A DNA stretch of 64,000 nt from Nitrosopumilaceae archaeon (GCA_965208905.1 OZ242365.1:1664001-1728000), one strand, 5' to 3'; counted from the stretch's first letter, positions 19,002 through 28,926 are shown. A program made the numbers and translations. The notes: generated from the letters alone by a model not told the origin.

Positions 19002-22000
19002 TTGAATCTCAGCCCCGGTATGCGCTTCCTGAACGTGAATACAATCGGTATGGCCAGGCCGCCAGCACCCAGCATTATCAGATACGTGTAGTCGCGCTCG
19101 TATGTTATCGTGCCGTATACGTCAGACTGCGCAGTCCACTGCATTATATGGTCTGCATATTGCGCATTGGCCGGCATGCCGATGAACTGCGCAGGCCTGT
19201 CCCATACCAGTCCCCACCACATGTATTCTGGTTCGACGGCAAATGAGACGCGGTCTCCGGGTCTGTATGTTGCATAATACAGTTCCCGGGACATGTCCGG
19301 TAGCTCACCCATCACCTCTACTGTTATCTCACCTACGTATGTAGCAACTATGCGCGTATCATCATCAAAGTGTACAGTCGTACCGCTCTGGATTATACCA
19401 TCATTGACAAGCAATTTACTTAATTTATGCCGCACGCCCTTCACAACCATATCTTCGGGTACGGATACAGCACACAGGCCGGGTTCTATTTGCGCAAATG
19501 ATGCAGGCAGTACTTCCCGGCCGCATATCGTAAGCATGGCGTCTGCACGCACGCCCTGCTCGGTTACGGCATCATAGTCCAATTCGAGCAAATGCGAGAC
19601 GCGGAATTCAACTACTTCGTTGTATGGCTCCCAGCCTGGCTGCGTCACGCTAATCTCCACCGTATGTGTGCCGGCAGTACTTGCCGCCGCCTCCCAGCGT
19701 TCATACTCGCCGTCAAACGTCAACGCGCCCCCGGATATTGACACTGCCGGCGATACCATCGCACCCGTATCCACATGCAGTACAATCGTATCATCCAGTT
19801 CAACCAAACCGCTTGACTGCCGTATGAATATATCCGCGGTATTCAGAAAGCCGTCTATTATGCCCGACTTGAATATCGACCCGTATTGTATTATGATTGG
19901 CACCTCGCCGGACGCGGTAAGCTCTATGCTGTTTCCCACAACGGCCACATCTCCGGCCAGTTGCACGTCCACCTTCTGTATGGGCATCCCGCCGGTATCC
20001 AGTGTGTGAGCAATGAGCGGAAACTCCTCCGCTACATGTACTATATCAGGATACCAAACATCCAAGTCCGTCTCGTATCGTATGGGGGTAGTCAACGCCG
20101 TACCTGCCCCGACATTTGGTGCGTGTATTATTATCTCGCCCACGCTCTCAACGCTGCCCCGTATTATGCCAGCACCACCACGCCAGTCTTCCAGCTCAAC
20201 GTCCGAGGCTCCCTGACCCGGAGCTATATGTATGGGACCGTTATGCTGCACCACCACTCCATCCTCCAGTACGGACAATATGGCGATTATGTCCCGCTCG
20301 CCGCTGCCCGGCAGTGGTGATACATGCAGCTCCCGGCTCAACTCTGGATATATGTCGTTTATGTCTGCCGAGGCGCTTCCCACCCCGCCCAGTGAGGCGG
20401 TGAGCTCGCCCCCGCCCCGTATATGCACGGGTACGACCGCCGCCGACGGCCTTGTGCCGGGAGCCTCCTGCCGTGCGGTCGAGCCAAAGGTAGGTATCTC
20501 GGCAGGATGGGAGAGTCCCGCGCCGCTGGAGAGGGTGATGGTGCCATCCACCATGTATGCTGGTATGCGTATTGCCCCATCACTATACATTGCAGAGATT
20601 ACTACATTTGACACTCCCGGCCTTCCAGGAAACGCCTCCACAATGAGTTCGTTGGGGGCTGGTTCCCCCGGCATGCGTTTAAGCATCTCGGCGACCACCG
20701 TGTACGAGTCCGCGGTTGTGGATGCATCCACATCCACGTCTATCTCACTGGTATCCAGATAACGACCCAGCAAGTCCACCAACGTATCCGACATGGCGGC
20801 GGCAGGAGCATCCGATATACTATAATCATTGAGTGTAGAGACCAACTCAAATAATGCGTTCCCGCTCTCCGTGTTGTCACCACCAAAGGCGGCGTTCAGA
20901 AAGTCAATGGTATCCTGTGCGGTGTCCAGAGAGCGCCCGTCGTCTGCGGCGCGTACATCAAAGAAGTGGCTGGCAACAAGCAGTCTCTGCCATGTCTCCG
21001 TACACTGCTGCGAGTATGAGCCTGAGGGGAACATGTCGCGCTCCTCAAGACACTGTTGCAGATGCGCCAACTCAAGCACAAACTCACTATCTGTTGCTAT
21101 CGGCATGCCCACGACAAAGTCATCCGTAGCAGAACCTATACCGGGTATGTGGGCCGTAACCGTAATCTCCCTGTCGCCGGCCAGCAGCCGTATGTCGCCG
21201 ATTGTCGCCGGCGTGCCCGTGTGTATCACGCCTGTTGCCACGCCATCCTGCAGAAACACATGATGCGGCCGTATCGCATGAAATGCGGGGCCTGTTGAGT
21301 CTACAAGCGTCTGATCAAAACTGGCAAGTACGGGGTTGTCCGTAACAAGATATACCGACATGGGTTTGTCCGGTACGTACTGCTCGCCGCCCTGCTCAAG
21401 CCACACGTTATATGTGACATATGATGACTCCATGGCGATAGACGGGCCAATACCAAGTCTGACGTTTATACTGTCTGGTTCATTTACCACCTGTATTGCA
21501 TCCGATATAACGCCCACACCCGAACCATACAAGGTGCCCTCGGCGCCATCCTGCATATACACATCCAGTACCGCTGAATTGAACCCCTGGGGTATTATGC
21601 CGGTTATGTGGGTACGCCCGGAGCCGAACGTCACGTCCGGTGAGTCCGATGTTATTGTTATGGCCACGCCACCCGCCGGGGCGACAGACGGAGTACAATA
21701 CCTGTCCGTCAGAAACACGTGGATTGTTGTCATGTGCAGCCTTGTGCGGATTGTATTTTCAGGTTCGGGTACATCAAATACACCCTCGGCCGCGCGGCCC
21801 ACTATTGACTCGGCGGTCGTCGTGTCCGGTGTGGAGCAGTCGGCGCCATCAGCGCCGGGCCCCACCATCCACAAACGCGATACAACGCCAACGCCGGGGT
21901 GCGTCTCGACCTCTATGTGCTGTATGTTGCCGTCGGGTGGAATTACGGTGATTGTAGTTTGGACGATTCCGGCCAGTATTGTCGACTCGGCGGGATATAT

Positions 22001-22255
22001 GTCGAACATCGCATGGTTGGCCCCGGCACGCAATACAACAGAGTCCGGTATTATTATATCGCCACTGGTAGATGCCAGGCGGAATACCCTGTCTGCGTGT
22101 GCCGGCTCCGCATGTATTACTACACCACCATACGATTCGCCACGAATCATCATATCGGGTATGTGTATTGTGTATTCGGGTACGTCAGTCTGCGCATATG
22201 CGGTACCGTGTGCTATACCAACACAAATGCATAACACAAGAATGTATCTCAACAT
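18998..22255 (-). CDS. Large surface protein with C-terminal membrane anchor
   Basis: 1085 aa; signal peptide; beta-rich acidic body; C-terminal TM plus basic tail. Confidence 0.8.
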   Translation of the reverse strand: MLRYILVLCICVGIAHGTAYAQTDVPEYTIHIPDMMIRGESYGGVVIHAEPAHADRVFRLASTSGDIIIPDSVVLRAGANHAMFDIYPAESTILAGIVQTTITVIPPDGNIQHIEVETHPGVGVVSRLWMVGPGADGADCSTPDTTTAESIVGRAAEGVFDVPEPENTIRTRLHMTTIHVFLTDRYCTPSVAPAGGVAITITSDSPDVTFGSGRTHITGIIPQGFNSAVLDVYMQDGAEGTLYGSGVGVISDAIQVVNEPDSINVRLGIGPSIAMESSYVTYNVWLEQGGEQYVPDKPMSVYLVTDNPVLASFDQTLVDSTGPAFHAIRPHHVFLQDGVATGVIHTGTPATIGDIRLLAGDREITVTAHIPGIGSATDDFVVGMPIATDSEFVLELAHLQQCLEERDMFPSGSYSQQCTETWQRLLVASHFFDVRAADDGRSLDTAQDTIDFLNAAFGGDNTESGNALFELVSTLNDYSISDAPAAAMSDTLVDLLGRYLDTSEIDVDVDASTTADSYTVVAEMLKRMPGEPAPNELIVEAFPGRPGVSNVVISAMYSDGAIRIPAYMVDGTITLSSGAGLSHPAEIPTFGSTARQEAPGTRPSAAVVPVHIRGGGELTASLGGVGSASADINDIYPELSRELHVSPLPGSGERDIIAILSVLEDGVVVQHNGPIHIAPGQGASDVELEDWRGGAGIIRGSVESVGEIIIHAPNVGAGTALTTPIRYETDLDVWYPDIVHVAEEFPLIAHTLDTGGMPIQKVDVQLAGDVAVVGNSIELTASGEVPIIIQYGSIFKSGIIDGFLNTADIFIRQSSGLVELDDTIVLHVDTGAMVSPAVSISGGALTFDGEYERWEAAASTAGTHTVEISVTQPGWEPYNEVVEFRVSHLLELDYDAVTEQGVRADAMLTICGREVLPASFAQIEPGLCAVSVPEDMVVKGVRHKLSKLLVNDGIIQSGTTVHFDDDTRIVATYVGEITVEVMGELPDMSRELYYATYRPGDRVSFAVEPEYMWWGLVWDRPAQFIGMPANAQYADHIMQWTAQSDVYGTITYERDYTYLIMLGAGGLAIPIVFTFRKRIPGLRFK

Positions 22256-22605
22256 CTCCCCGCAGCAACCTCCATCCTCTGTGTGAGGGTTCCACTTAAT
22301 TGCGTGGTCTCGCCCCCGCGTATACTCTCATCCACATCGATTGTGTAGATATCACCGGATGGACACTTGACCAGTATGCCTACGATGGTAGTGGTGTCGG
22401 TCCACTCGGAGAGTATTGTGGCCTGTTGTATGTTTGTCGCGCTGCCCTCATATTCACCGCGCAGCCTCTCTTGTAGCCGTTCCTGCGTGTTCGTTGCAGC
22501 CTCCTCGCGTAGGTCCTGCAGTTCCAACAATGATGTACCGGCATACATGAGAATTGCAAAGGTGAATGCACCTGCTATGGCAATCGCCGGGATTAGTGGT
22601 ATCAT
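22249..22605 (-). CDS. Pilin-like protein with N-terminal hydrophobic helix
   Basis: Start moved to ATG 22605 by class II spacing; TM then QERLQERL helix as in archaeal pilins. Confidence 0.65.
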   Translation of the reverse strand: MIPLIPAIAIAGAFTFAILMYAGTSLLELQDLREEAATNTQERLQERLRGEYEGSATNIQQATILSEWTDTTTIVGILVKCPSGDIYTIDVDESIRGGETTQLSGTLTQRMEVAAGRC

Positions 22606-22626
22606 ACTGAAGAGTATGAACAGGTA

Positions 22627-22641
22627 CGTTAATGGGTTACA
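22627..22641 (-). promoter_or_regulatory. Class II promoter motif TGTAACCCATTAACG
   Basis: 28 nt to ATG 22605, heading the surface-protein/TadC operon. Confidence 0.75.
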
Positions 22642-22657
22642 GAAAAAAACAAAAGAA

Positions 22658-23239
22658 TTATTGCGCAATGGAGAGAAGCTGAATCCTCTTCACCTTTGGC
22701 ACGGGGCGTCCGCATGTATCACACATGTATTCGTTGCCTTTCCGTACAGGCTCCTTCATCGCCTCAAGTTCACACTCACATGTCGGACCTGATGGTTGTG
22801 GTGCGGGTGTTGGCGGCGCGGATGCAGTAGCAGGTGCTACGCGCTCTGTTGGACCGGTGTCTGTTGCCAGCCTGTCCAGTACCTTTGCGGCGCGTCGTAT
22901 GCCGCGCTGCCACGCTCGCGTCCTGGCCAGGGCACGTATGTTGTGCATCGACCAGTCTAGTTTTTCGGCAGTATCGCATGACCCTACATCGTCGGCTATG
23001 CGGCGGCCTTCCTTATCCAGTATCTCTACGGTGAACTCATACCGCACATATTTGTCGTGCTCCACACACTTCTCCTCTCTTGTCGCATCGGTTAGGCCTA
23101 GTTCGGCGGCAATCTTCAGACAGCCGTTGTTCCCTATACCTCTGGCAGTGGCGCCGGTTGTCTCGTCGGTGATTCTGTAAAAGTCGGACTCATCAAGTAC
23201 GCGTTCTTGTATGTCGCGCAGTTCTTCGTATTTGTTCAT
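22658..23239 (-). CDS. Possible single-strand annealing protein (Rad52/Sak-like) with C-terminal Zn finger
   Basis: VGSCD...ALARTRAWQRGIR resembles the A-x-TRA-xx-RA motif; CEC...CDTC; start ATG 23239. Confidence 0.5.
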   Translation of the reverse strand: MNKYEELRDIQERVLDESDFYRITDETTGATARGIGNNGCLKIAAELGLTDATREEKCVEHDKYVRYEFTVEILDKEGRRIADDVGSCDTAEKLDWSMHNIRALARTRAWQRGIRRAAKVLDRLATDTGPTERVAPATASAPPTPAPQPSGPTCECELEAMKEPVRKGNEYMCDTCGRPVPKVKRIQLLSIAQ

Positions 23240-23269
23240 GCAATGTAACGTATCCATCGTATATAAGGG
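23237..23269 (-). repeat. 33-bp promoter/leader identical to 49874-49906
   Basis: catgcaatgtaacgtatccatcgtatataaggg at both sites. Confidence 0.92.
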
Positions 23270-23300
23270 CTGAAAGACTCAATCTAGCAGCCCCGACGGC

Positions 23301-23954
23301 CTAATCGTGAAACCCGCCCCTATACTCGTATATTGTACCGCCGTACGGCCAGTCTTGGTCTACGGGGGCTATTGTGTCACAGAACCGGGGGTGCAGTCGC
23401 GCATACACACCACCGTCCATCATCACCGGCCTGTGAAGCCCCAATAACTTTGCCGCCGTGTTGACAGGCGCGCCCAATATGTCCAGACTGTTATCATGTT
23501 GTATGGGCACTACACTTCCATGTGTGATGCTGATGTGCGCCTCCACCTTGCGGTTTGCTGCCGGTCCTAGCGCATTGTACATCATCCTCTGTATGGATAT
23601 AGCGCTGGACAGTGCCGAGTCGGCGGCGTATAATGAGTATCCCCTGAATAAAGACATGACTGCATCACCCACATACTTGATGGGATACCCGCCAAACTGA
23701 CGTATTATGTCTGCGGTCTCTACACAGAATGCCATCACCAGTGAGGCGTACAATACGGGTTCGGTCTCCAACGCCAGCCGTGTAGAGCCATGCATATCAA
23801 CATACTGTACTATACACTCGGTCGGGCCGCGCATCTCCGGTACGGGTAGGTCGGGCCGCCTGTACGGGGGAGGCTCGTTTATCATCCTCCTAACACGTTC
23901 GTATGTTTGGCGTATGGAATGCTGTACCGGGTATACGCCCTGCACCAGACTCAT
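23301..23954 (-). CDS. Class III adenylate/guanylate cyclase
   Basis: YVDMHGST, IKYVGDAVM, DILGAPVNTAAKL; ATGA-coupled start at 23954. Confidence 0.88.
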   Translation of the reverse strand: MSLVQGVYPVQHSIRQTYERVRRMINEPPPYRRPDLPVPEMRGPTECIVQYVDMHGSTRLALETEPVLYASLVMAFCVETADIIRQFGGYPIKYVGDAVMSLFRGYSLYAADSALSSAISIQRMMYNALGPAANRKVEAHISITHGSVVPIQHDNSLDILGAPVNTAAKLLGLHRPVMMDGGVYARLHPRFCDTIAPVDQDWPYGGTIYEYRGGFHD

Positions 23955-24664
23955 CGTGTTAGGCGCAGTCTGGACTGCGCCATCATACCGGCGGCCATCG
24001 CGCCAACACCAAATATCCACATTGCCGCCCCAAACTCCGGTATGGCGACAGCATTAGCAGTCAGCACAAGCGTATCAGAGTCGACCGAGTACGCATACTG
24101 CCCGCCATCGATATGTGTTATGGAGCCGCCATCTACAGCCAGCAACTCGCCCTGAACGAGTCCCGGCGGTAGAAACATCACACCGCTCCCAGGACCCTCA
24201 AATCCGATATACAGCAGGCCGGCCTCCGCATCCGTGTAGGCATCATGTATAGCATCGCCGGTATACTGTATTATGTGTTCGGTCCCATTCACCAATACCT
24301 CGCCCTGCTGATATACGGTATAACTGAACACATCGGTTGCATAGTGTATTGTATGCTTGGTAAGCGAGTATTCCGCCTGTATTGTGTATGTGCCGGGCGT
24401 GTCGAACTCTGCAGGTATGCTCCACTGCCAGTCGCGCTCGGTCGGCATTATCTGTCCGACGGCTATTATGTTGCCGTTGGGCGCCAACAACTGTATGGTT
24501 ACCGCCCCGCCGTGCATCTTGTGCAGCACGCCATGTACCTGCACGGTATCACCCGGACTGTATACGTCCTGCGCAACCTCCACGCTTATGCCGGATATGC
24601 TCTGCGCATGGGCCAGCCCAATGCCTAGCAGTAACGGTATTGCACACAGCAGCATGTATCTCAT
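23951..24664 (-). CDS. PEFG-CTERM surface protein
   Basis: Signal peptide; C-terminal IPEFG plus TM plus Arg tail. Confidence 0.85.
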   Translation of the reverse strand: MRYMLLCAIPLLLGIGLAHAQSISGISVEVAQDVYSPGDTVQVHGVLHKMHGGAVTIQLLAPNGNIIAVGQIMPTERDWQWSIPAEFDTPGTYTIQAEYSLTKHTIHYATDVFSYTVYQQGEVLVNGTEHIIQYTGDAIHDAYTDAEAGLLYIGFEGPGSGVMFLPPGLVQGELLAVDGGSITHIDGGQYAYSVDSDTLVLTANAVAIPEFGAAMWIFGVGAMAAGMMAQSRLRLTR

Positions 24665-25191
24665 AGCATATCCACCTTTAGCGTACCATCGGTCTTTACG
24701 TAGTTCCGCAGTGTTCCGACATTCACCCCGACGGCATCGGCCACACCCTGTATCGTTACAGTCTTGTGTGCTGTCATGTATAGCATGATTGCTGCGCGTA
24801 TGGGCGCGCCCAAATCACACCTGAAATCATCAATTCCCATACTGTCCTGTATGTTACTGGGTAGGTTTAAGCGTTTGATTCCCCTCTCTATGAAGCTGCG
24901 CACATCCTGCGGCGGCATCCCATCATCAATCATACGCGCGGCCCGCCCGATTGATGCTCCCTTCTCGTTTGTGTTTTGTATTATTTCCTGGATGGTATTC
25001 GGTTCGCCGCTACGCCGTATTGACACATAAACAGATGCTGCGACGACAAGTCCCACATGGCACTGCCGGAGCAATCCCCTGGCAACGGCCTCCCTGTATA
25101 CGGCGGCCGCACCCCCGGCATCCACGTTTAGTGCATTGCATAGTTGCTGTATGTTGGATATGTCGCGTTTGATGAACCGCTCCTGTCGCAT
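24661..25191 (-). CDS. Truncated TFB paralog 4 (cyclin core only, no Zn ribbon)
   Basis: IQQLCNALNV...VVAASVYVSIRRSGEPNTIQEI; C-terminal HTH TIQGVADAVGVNVGTLRNY; own promoter 27 nt upstream. Confidence 0.75.
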   Translation of the reverse strand: MRQERFIKRDISNIQQLCNALNVDAGGAAAVYREAVARGLLRQCHVGLVVAASVYVSIRRSGEPNTIQEIIQNTNEKGASIGRAARMIDDGMPPQDVRSFIERGIKRLNLPSNIQDSMGIDDFRCDLGAPIRAAIMLYMTAHKTVTIQGVADAVGVNVGTLRNYVKTDGTLKVDML

Positions 25192-25230
25192 ACCAAATAC
25201 TGTATCGGCGATATATAAGGGAGAATATAG

Positions 25231-25854
25231 CTACGGCACCTTGTGGTATATGGAGACGCCCGAATCACCGGTAAACTTTGTCTGCTCGCCCAGGCCATAC
25301 TGCACGACCATGGCGCCCTGTCTGCCGTCTGGCTGACCCACACCAACCATAACAAACTCCAGAACGGCCACACTCCCATCAGAGAGTGAAAGTACGTCCT
25401 GCCTGGCATCCCCATCATCAATCCTCTGATACAGGTCGATTGTACATGCCGGAGGAGTGGGGAAAGTTCCACTCGTTGGCCAGGCCCTCTCTTCCACCGC
25501 CCAACTAGTACATGGACTACCCATATGCGGCCTCCACCCCTCGGCTGTATATACAAGTCTAGTATGGTCTGGTTCAATATCCGATACCAGTTCCATGCGC
25601 GCACCTCCCACCAGAAACTCGGATACGGCTATACGGTCCATGCTTGTACCAAGTATGTGCTTGAAGTTGGCGCGCACCCACAATGTATCATCACGGTGTA
25701 TGGCATTGATGGTCAGCAGTTCCCCCTCAATCACTCCCATGTATTGTACTACACGCTCATACAACCCCGTGCCGAATATCAGCCCCAGGGAAGTGGTGAA
25801 TGCAAGTAGTATGAGGGTGACGACCAGTGTTTGTATGCCGTATCTTTGCTGCAT
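25231..25854 (-). CDS. Archaeal type IV pilin-like protein
   Basis: Class III signal-like MQQRYG/IQTLVVTLILLAFTTSLG. Confidence 0.7.
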   Translation of the reverse strand: MQQRYGIQTLVVTLILLAFTTSLGLIFGTGLYERVVQYMGVIEGELLTINAIHRDDTLWVRANFKHILGTSMDRIAVSEFLVGGARMELVSDIEPDHTRLVYTAEGWRPHMGSPCTSWAVEERAWPTSGTFPTPPACTIDLYQRIDDGDARQDVLSLSDGSVAVLEFVMVGVGQPDGRQGAMVVQYGLGEQTKFTGDSGVSIYHKVP

Positions 25855-25875
25855 GACACGTAATTACATCTGCAT

Positions 25876-25890
25876 CGTTTTTGGGTTACA
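25876..25890 (-). promoter_or_regulatory. Class II promoter motif TGTAACCCAAAAACG
   Basis: 28 nt to ATG 25854. Confidence 0.75.
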
Positions 25891-25954
25891 GTTGGGTATG
25901 TGGGTGACAAGCCTCAACAGTATCAAAAAATTAAAAAATCAGGCGAGTTAGGAG

Positions 25955-26770
25955 TTAGGCGCTGCGGACTATCTTGGCAAGGGCAGTATATCTATTGGCC
26001 AGTGTCGTATCGGCGATGCCGGCAGCCTTGGCGATATTGTGCCGTATTATGGGCTCGCCGCGTTCGACGCACGCCATGTAGAGCGCACTCGCGGCCAGAC
26101 TGATCGGACTCTTACCGGCGACATCGGTATTGTTGAGGTTTGAGAGTATTCGTATGGCATCGCGCCGTACAGCCTCACCAATACCTGCCTCGCTTCCTAT
26201 GCGGGCTATGAGTGAGACGGGGTCGGGTATGGGTAGGACTATGTCAAACCTCTCAAATATCTGGCGATATACTCGGCGTATGATGTGCTTCGATAGGCCC
26301 GTCACCGCCACTATATCATCCAGTGAGCGTGGGAGGTTGTGTTTCCGACATGCCAGCAGGGCTATTGCAGCAATAAAGTGTGTGAGTGTGCGGCCGGCCA
26401 TGAATTTTGATGCCACAATCCGCCGGAACATATACACTGCATACTCGCCTGCTGCGTCGGTCATAGACAGTTCGGTGCGTATTTTGGAGAGTTGCACCAG
26501 TCCGACAGGCAGCGAGCGCTGCTCGTACGTCTGGCACCAACCATTGACGCGCTGTAATCGCTTTGTGTTGATAATTTTTGTATCGATTACACGGCCTATG
26601 TAGTCTTTTGTGTGCTGGCCCATTGTCGTGGCAAAGTTGTAGGAGCGTGCATCACCTGCATATCCTGTCTGTTTTGGTTGTTCCATACTGTATCCGTGGA
26701 CCGTGCCGCATATGCGGCAGACGAACTCTCCATCGGCGTCCACAATCGTACCTTCACAGTTACATTTCAT
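25955..26770 (-). CDS. tfb: Transcription initiation factor IIB paralog 3
   Basis: CNC...CRICG Zn ribbon; GRTL...ACRKHNLPRSL; GKSPISLAASALY. Confidence 0.92.
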   Translation of the reverse strand: MKCNCEGTIVDADGEFVCRICGTVHGYSMEQPKQTGYAGDARSYNFATTMGQHTKDYIGRVIDTKIINTKRLQRVNGWCQTYEQRSLPVGLVQLSKIRTELSMTDAAGEYAVYMFRRIVASKFMAGRTLTHFIAAIALLACRKHNLPRSLDDIVAVTGLSKHIIRRVYRQIFERFDIVLPIPDPVSLIARIGSEAGIGEAVRRDAIRILSNLNNTDVAGKSPISLAASALYMACVERGEPIIRHNIAKAAGIADTTLANRYTALAKIVRSA

Positions 26771-26834
26771 ATACTATATACGTTGTTGCAGTATATAAGG
26801 GTTAGGTGTTGTGATGGTTAAATACTGTATGCTA

Positions 26835-27050
26835 CTGTAAAAAGTTATTACAGATAAAAATTATTACAGATTCAGGTGTTTGGCGCGGTGGTGTGGATTT
26901 TGGGGGGATGTGGTGTCCAAAATCGGGTGAAAGCAGCCAGGCCTTATATACACCGGGTGTTTTTTCCGCGAAAAGCAGGGACCCCCTTAGGGAAGTTTTT
27001 GTTGGAAATAACTGTAATAAATTATTACAGGCTGTAATAAATTATTACAG
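26835..27050. repeat. Four copies of the palindrome CTGTAATAA-A-TTATTACAG (two perfect, two partial)
   Basis: 26835-26853, ~26855-26869, 27012-27030, 27032-27050. Confidence 0.85.
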
Positions 27051-27070
27051 AAAGCTCCTGATCACAGTAG

Positions 27071-27375
27071 TAGTGTAGTGTAGTGTAGTGTAGTGTAGTG
27101 TAGTGTAGTGTAGTGTAGTGTAGTGTAGTGTAGTGTAGTGTAGTGTAGTGTAGTGTAGTGTAGTGTAGTGTAGTGTAGTGTAGTGTAGTGTAGTGTAGTG
27201 TAGTGTAGTGTAGTGTAGTGTAGTGTAGTGTAGTGTAGTGTAGTGTAGTGTAGTGTAGTGTAGTGTAGTGTAGTGTAGTGTAGTGTAGTGTAGTGTAGTG
27301 TAGTGTAGTGTAGTGTAGTGTAGTGTAGTGTAGTGTAGTGTAGTGTAGTGTAGTGTAGTGTAGTGTAGTGTAGTG
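27071..27375. repeat. Perfect pentanucleotide microsatellite (TAGTG)61
   Basis: 305 bp uninterrupted. Confidence 0.97.
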
Positions 27376-27404
27376 TAGTAGCATACTACGATCTACTGAT
27401 CTAG

Positions 27405-28917
27405 GAACTGTCCCATGTACGGCGCTTGTCTACAGACATGCGCGTAGGTTGACAGCCTGCCGTACGGCAGATGTTGGCGAGTTGCCATTCAGAGGAGCTC
27501 CATTGAGATGTCCTTTGTTGGCTGGACTTTGATGTACAACCTTTGGACAGCCTGTGCCGGCCACCACGTCGCCAACGACACTGGGTATTGTGAGTGTCGC
27601 GAGATGTATCTTTCCTCTCAAGACCATTCCAGCCTTGTCTTGCAGACTATATGCGGTCTGCGCGCGCTTGTTCCAGGATATTGCATCCGGAATGTATAGT
27701 ATATTGTACGCGGCATTGATGTCCGCGTGCATCAGAACACCGCATGTATGGCACCAAAACCTACTGCTCTTGCGCGTTGTGTTCCTACTACCGCACATAC
27801 AGCATAGCTGAGATGTACCACGCTGATTGATTTCCACATATTCTATACTGTGTTGCAGGGAACTCTGCGCGATGTGGCTTCGCGCCTCACCACATTTGGA
27901 CTGCCGCATTAGACGGTTCTTGTTTCTCTGACCCTTCCCTTTTGTGGTTATGGTGCGGAGGTTCATGCCCTCCATGATTATTTTGTCGCACTGCGCGAAC
28001 AGTTTTTTGGCAAACTTGCGCAGTTTGTCCGTCTGCCTATTTCCCATCTTCTTGTAGACGCTTTGCAGCTGCGCATGCAGTGTACACCACTTGTGGGAGT
28101 GAAGTTTGCAGCGCGCCATCTTCTTTTGAATCCGGGCTATGTTTCGTATGGTGTCCTTCTCGCGCAATGTAAGCATGGCGATTGTACCGTCGGACTTGCC
28201 GACTATAAGCGTGTGCTTGCCGCCCATGTCAACCCCCGCGTGTACACCTGTCGCTATACGGCCCGGGACATGCTCTCTAACCGTCATATGTAGTTCAAAT
28301 TGCCTCTCCTTATCATCATGGTTTGTGACATCCACAAGCTTGTATGACTGTGATGTGTCCGGGAGTGTACCTTTCTGCAGTTTGAAAGGAGCGCCGCACT
28401 TTGGAAAATACACTATATTGCCCTTGGACTTTTTGCCGAGTGGCACGTTGCTGAATAGTGGGTAAACCTTCTTACCATACTTTACGTGAGAGCAGCCCTC
28501 CATCGCGTGGCCTTCTTGTATGGCTCCACGAACCCACACTTGTGGGATTGTCTGGCACATGGTGGCTATTTTATTGGTGTCAAATACAGACAATCCGGCC
28601 CGCCGCGCCTTTATCCCCACATTCAACCATATGTGAGATTCGGAGTACATGGAGTCAAAGTATTTGGTCAGTCTCGCGCCAGTCTTGAGGCGGTATCGCA
28701 GGGTTTTGACAACATGCTTGCCGCCCTTGTACTTGGCCAACTATGCCTCCGACCCTACATTCGCCGACGCGCTGGTGTCCGCGCGGCACATATCGAGTTG
28801 CATACCCCAATACGTATCGGTCCCTTTTAAGGGGGGAATTGTGGGTGGGAAGTTGTAGAGGCTAGAAGTTTGTGGCTGCTACTGTTTCCAGTCTAGGCGC
28901 TGTTTTGGGACAGTTCA
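27405..28917 (-). mobile_element. TnpB element bounded by imperfect inverted repeats
   Basis: GAACTGTCCCA...GGCGC at 27405 and GCGC...TGGGACAGTTC ending 28916. Confidence 0.55.
27430..28740 (-). CDS. tnpB: TnpB RNA-guided nuclease, second copy
   Basis: GVDMG, IMEGM, TSQLCCMC...CHTC, HADINAA. Confidence 0.92.
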   Translation of the reverse strand: MAKYKGGKHVVKTLRYRLKTGARLTKYFDSMYSESHIWLNVGIKARRAGLSVFDTNKIATMCQTIPQVWVRGAIQEGHAMEGCSHVKYGKKVYPLFSNVPLGKKSKGNIVYFPKCGAPFKLQKGTLPDTSQSYKLVDVTNHDDKERQFELHMTVREHVPGRIATGVHAGVDMGGKHTLIVGKSDGTIAMLTLREKDTIRNIARIQKKMARCKLHSHKWCTLHAQLQSVYKKMGNRQTDKLRKFAKKLFAQCDKIIMEGMNLRTITTKGKGQRNKNRLMRQSKCGEARSHIAQSSLQHSIEYVEINQRGTSQLCCMCGSRNTTRKSSRFWCHTCGVLMHADINAAYNILYIPDAISWNKRAQTAYSLQDKAGMVLRGKIHLATLTIPSVVGDVVAGTGCPKVVHQSPANKGHLNGAPLNGNSPTSAVRQAVNLRACL

Positions 28918-28926
28918 CTTGGAGGC

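Noticed and set aside
27071-27375. CRISPR array
   Set aside because: No spacers; no repeat-spacer array or cas gene seen anywhere in the window
27025-27384. 119-aa ORF of HYTTL repeats
   Set aside because: Only the translation of the microsatellite
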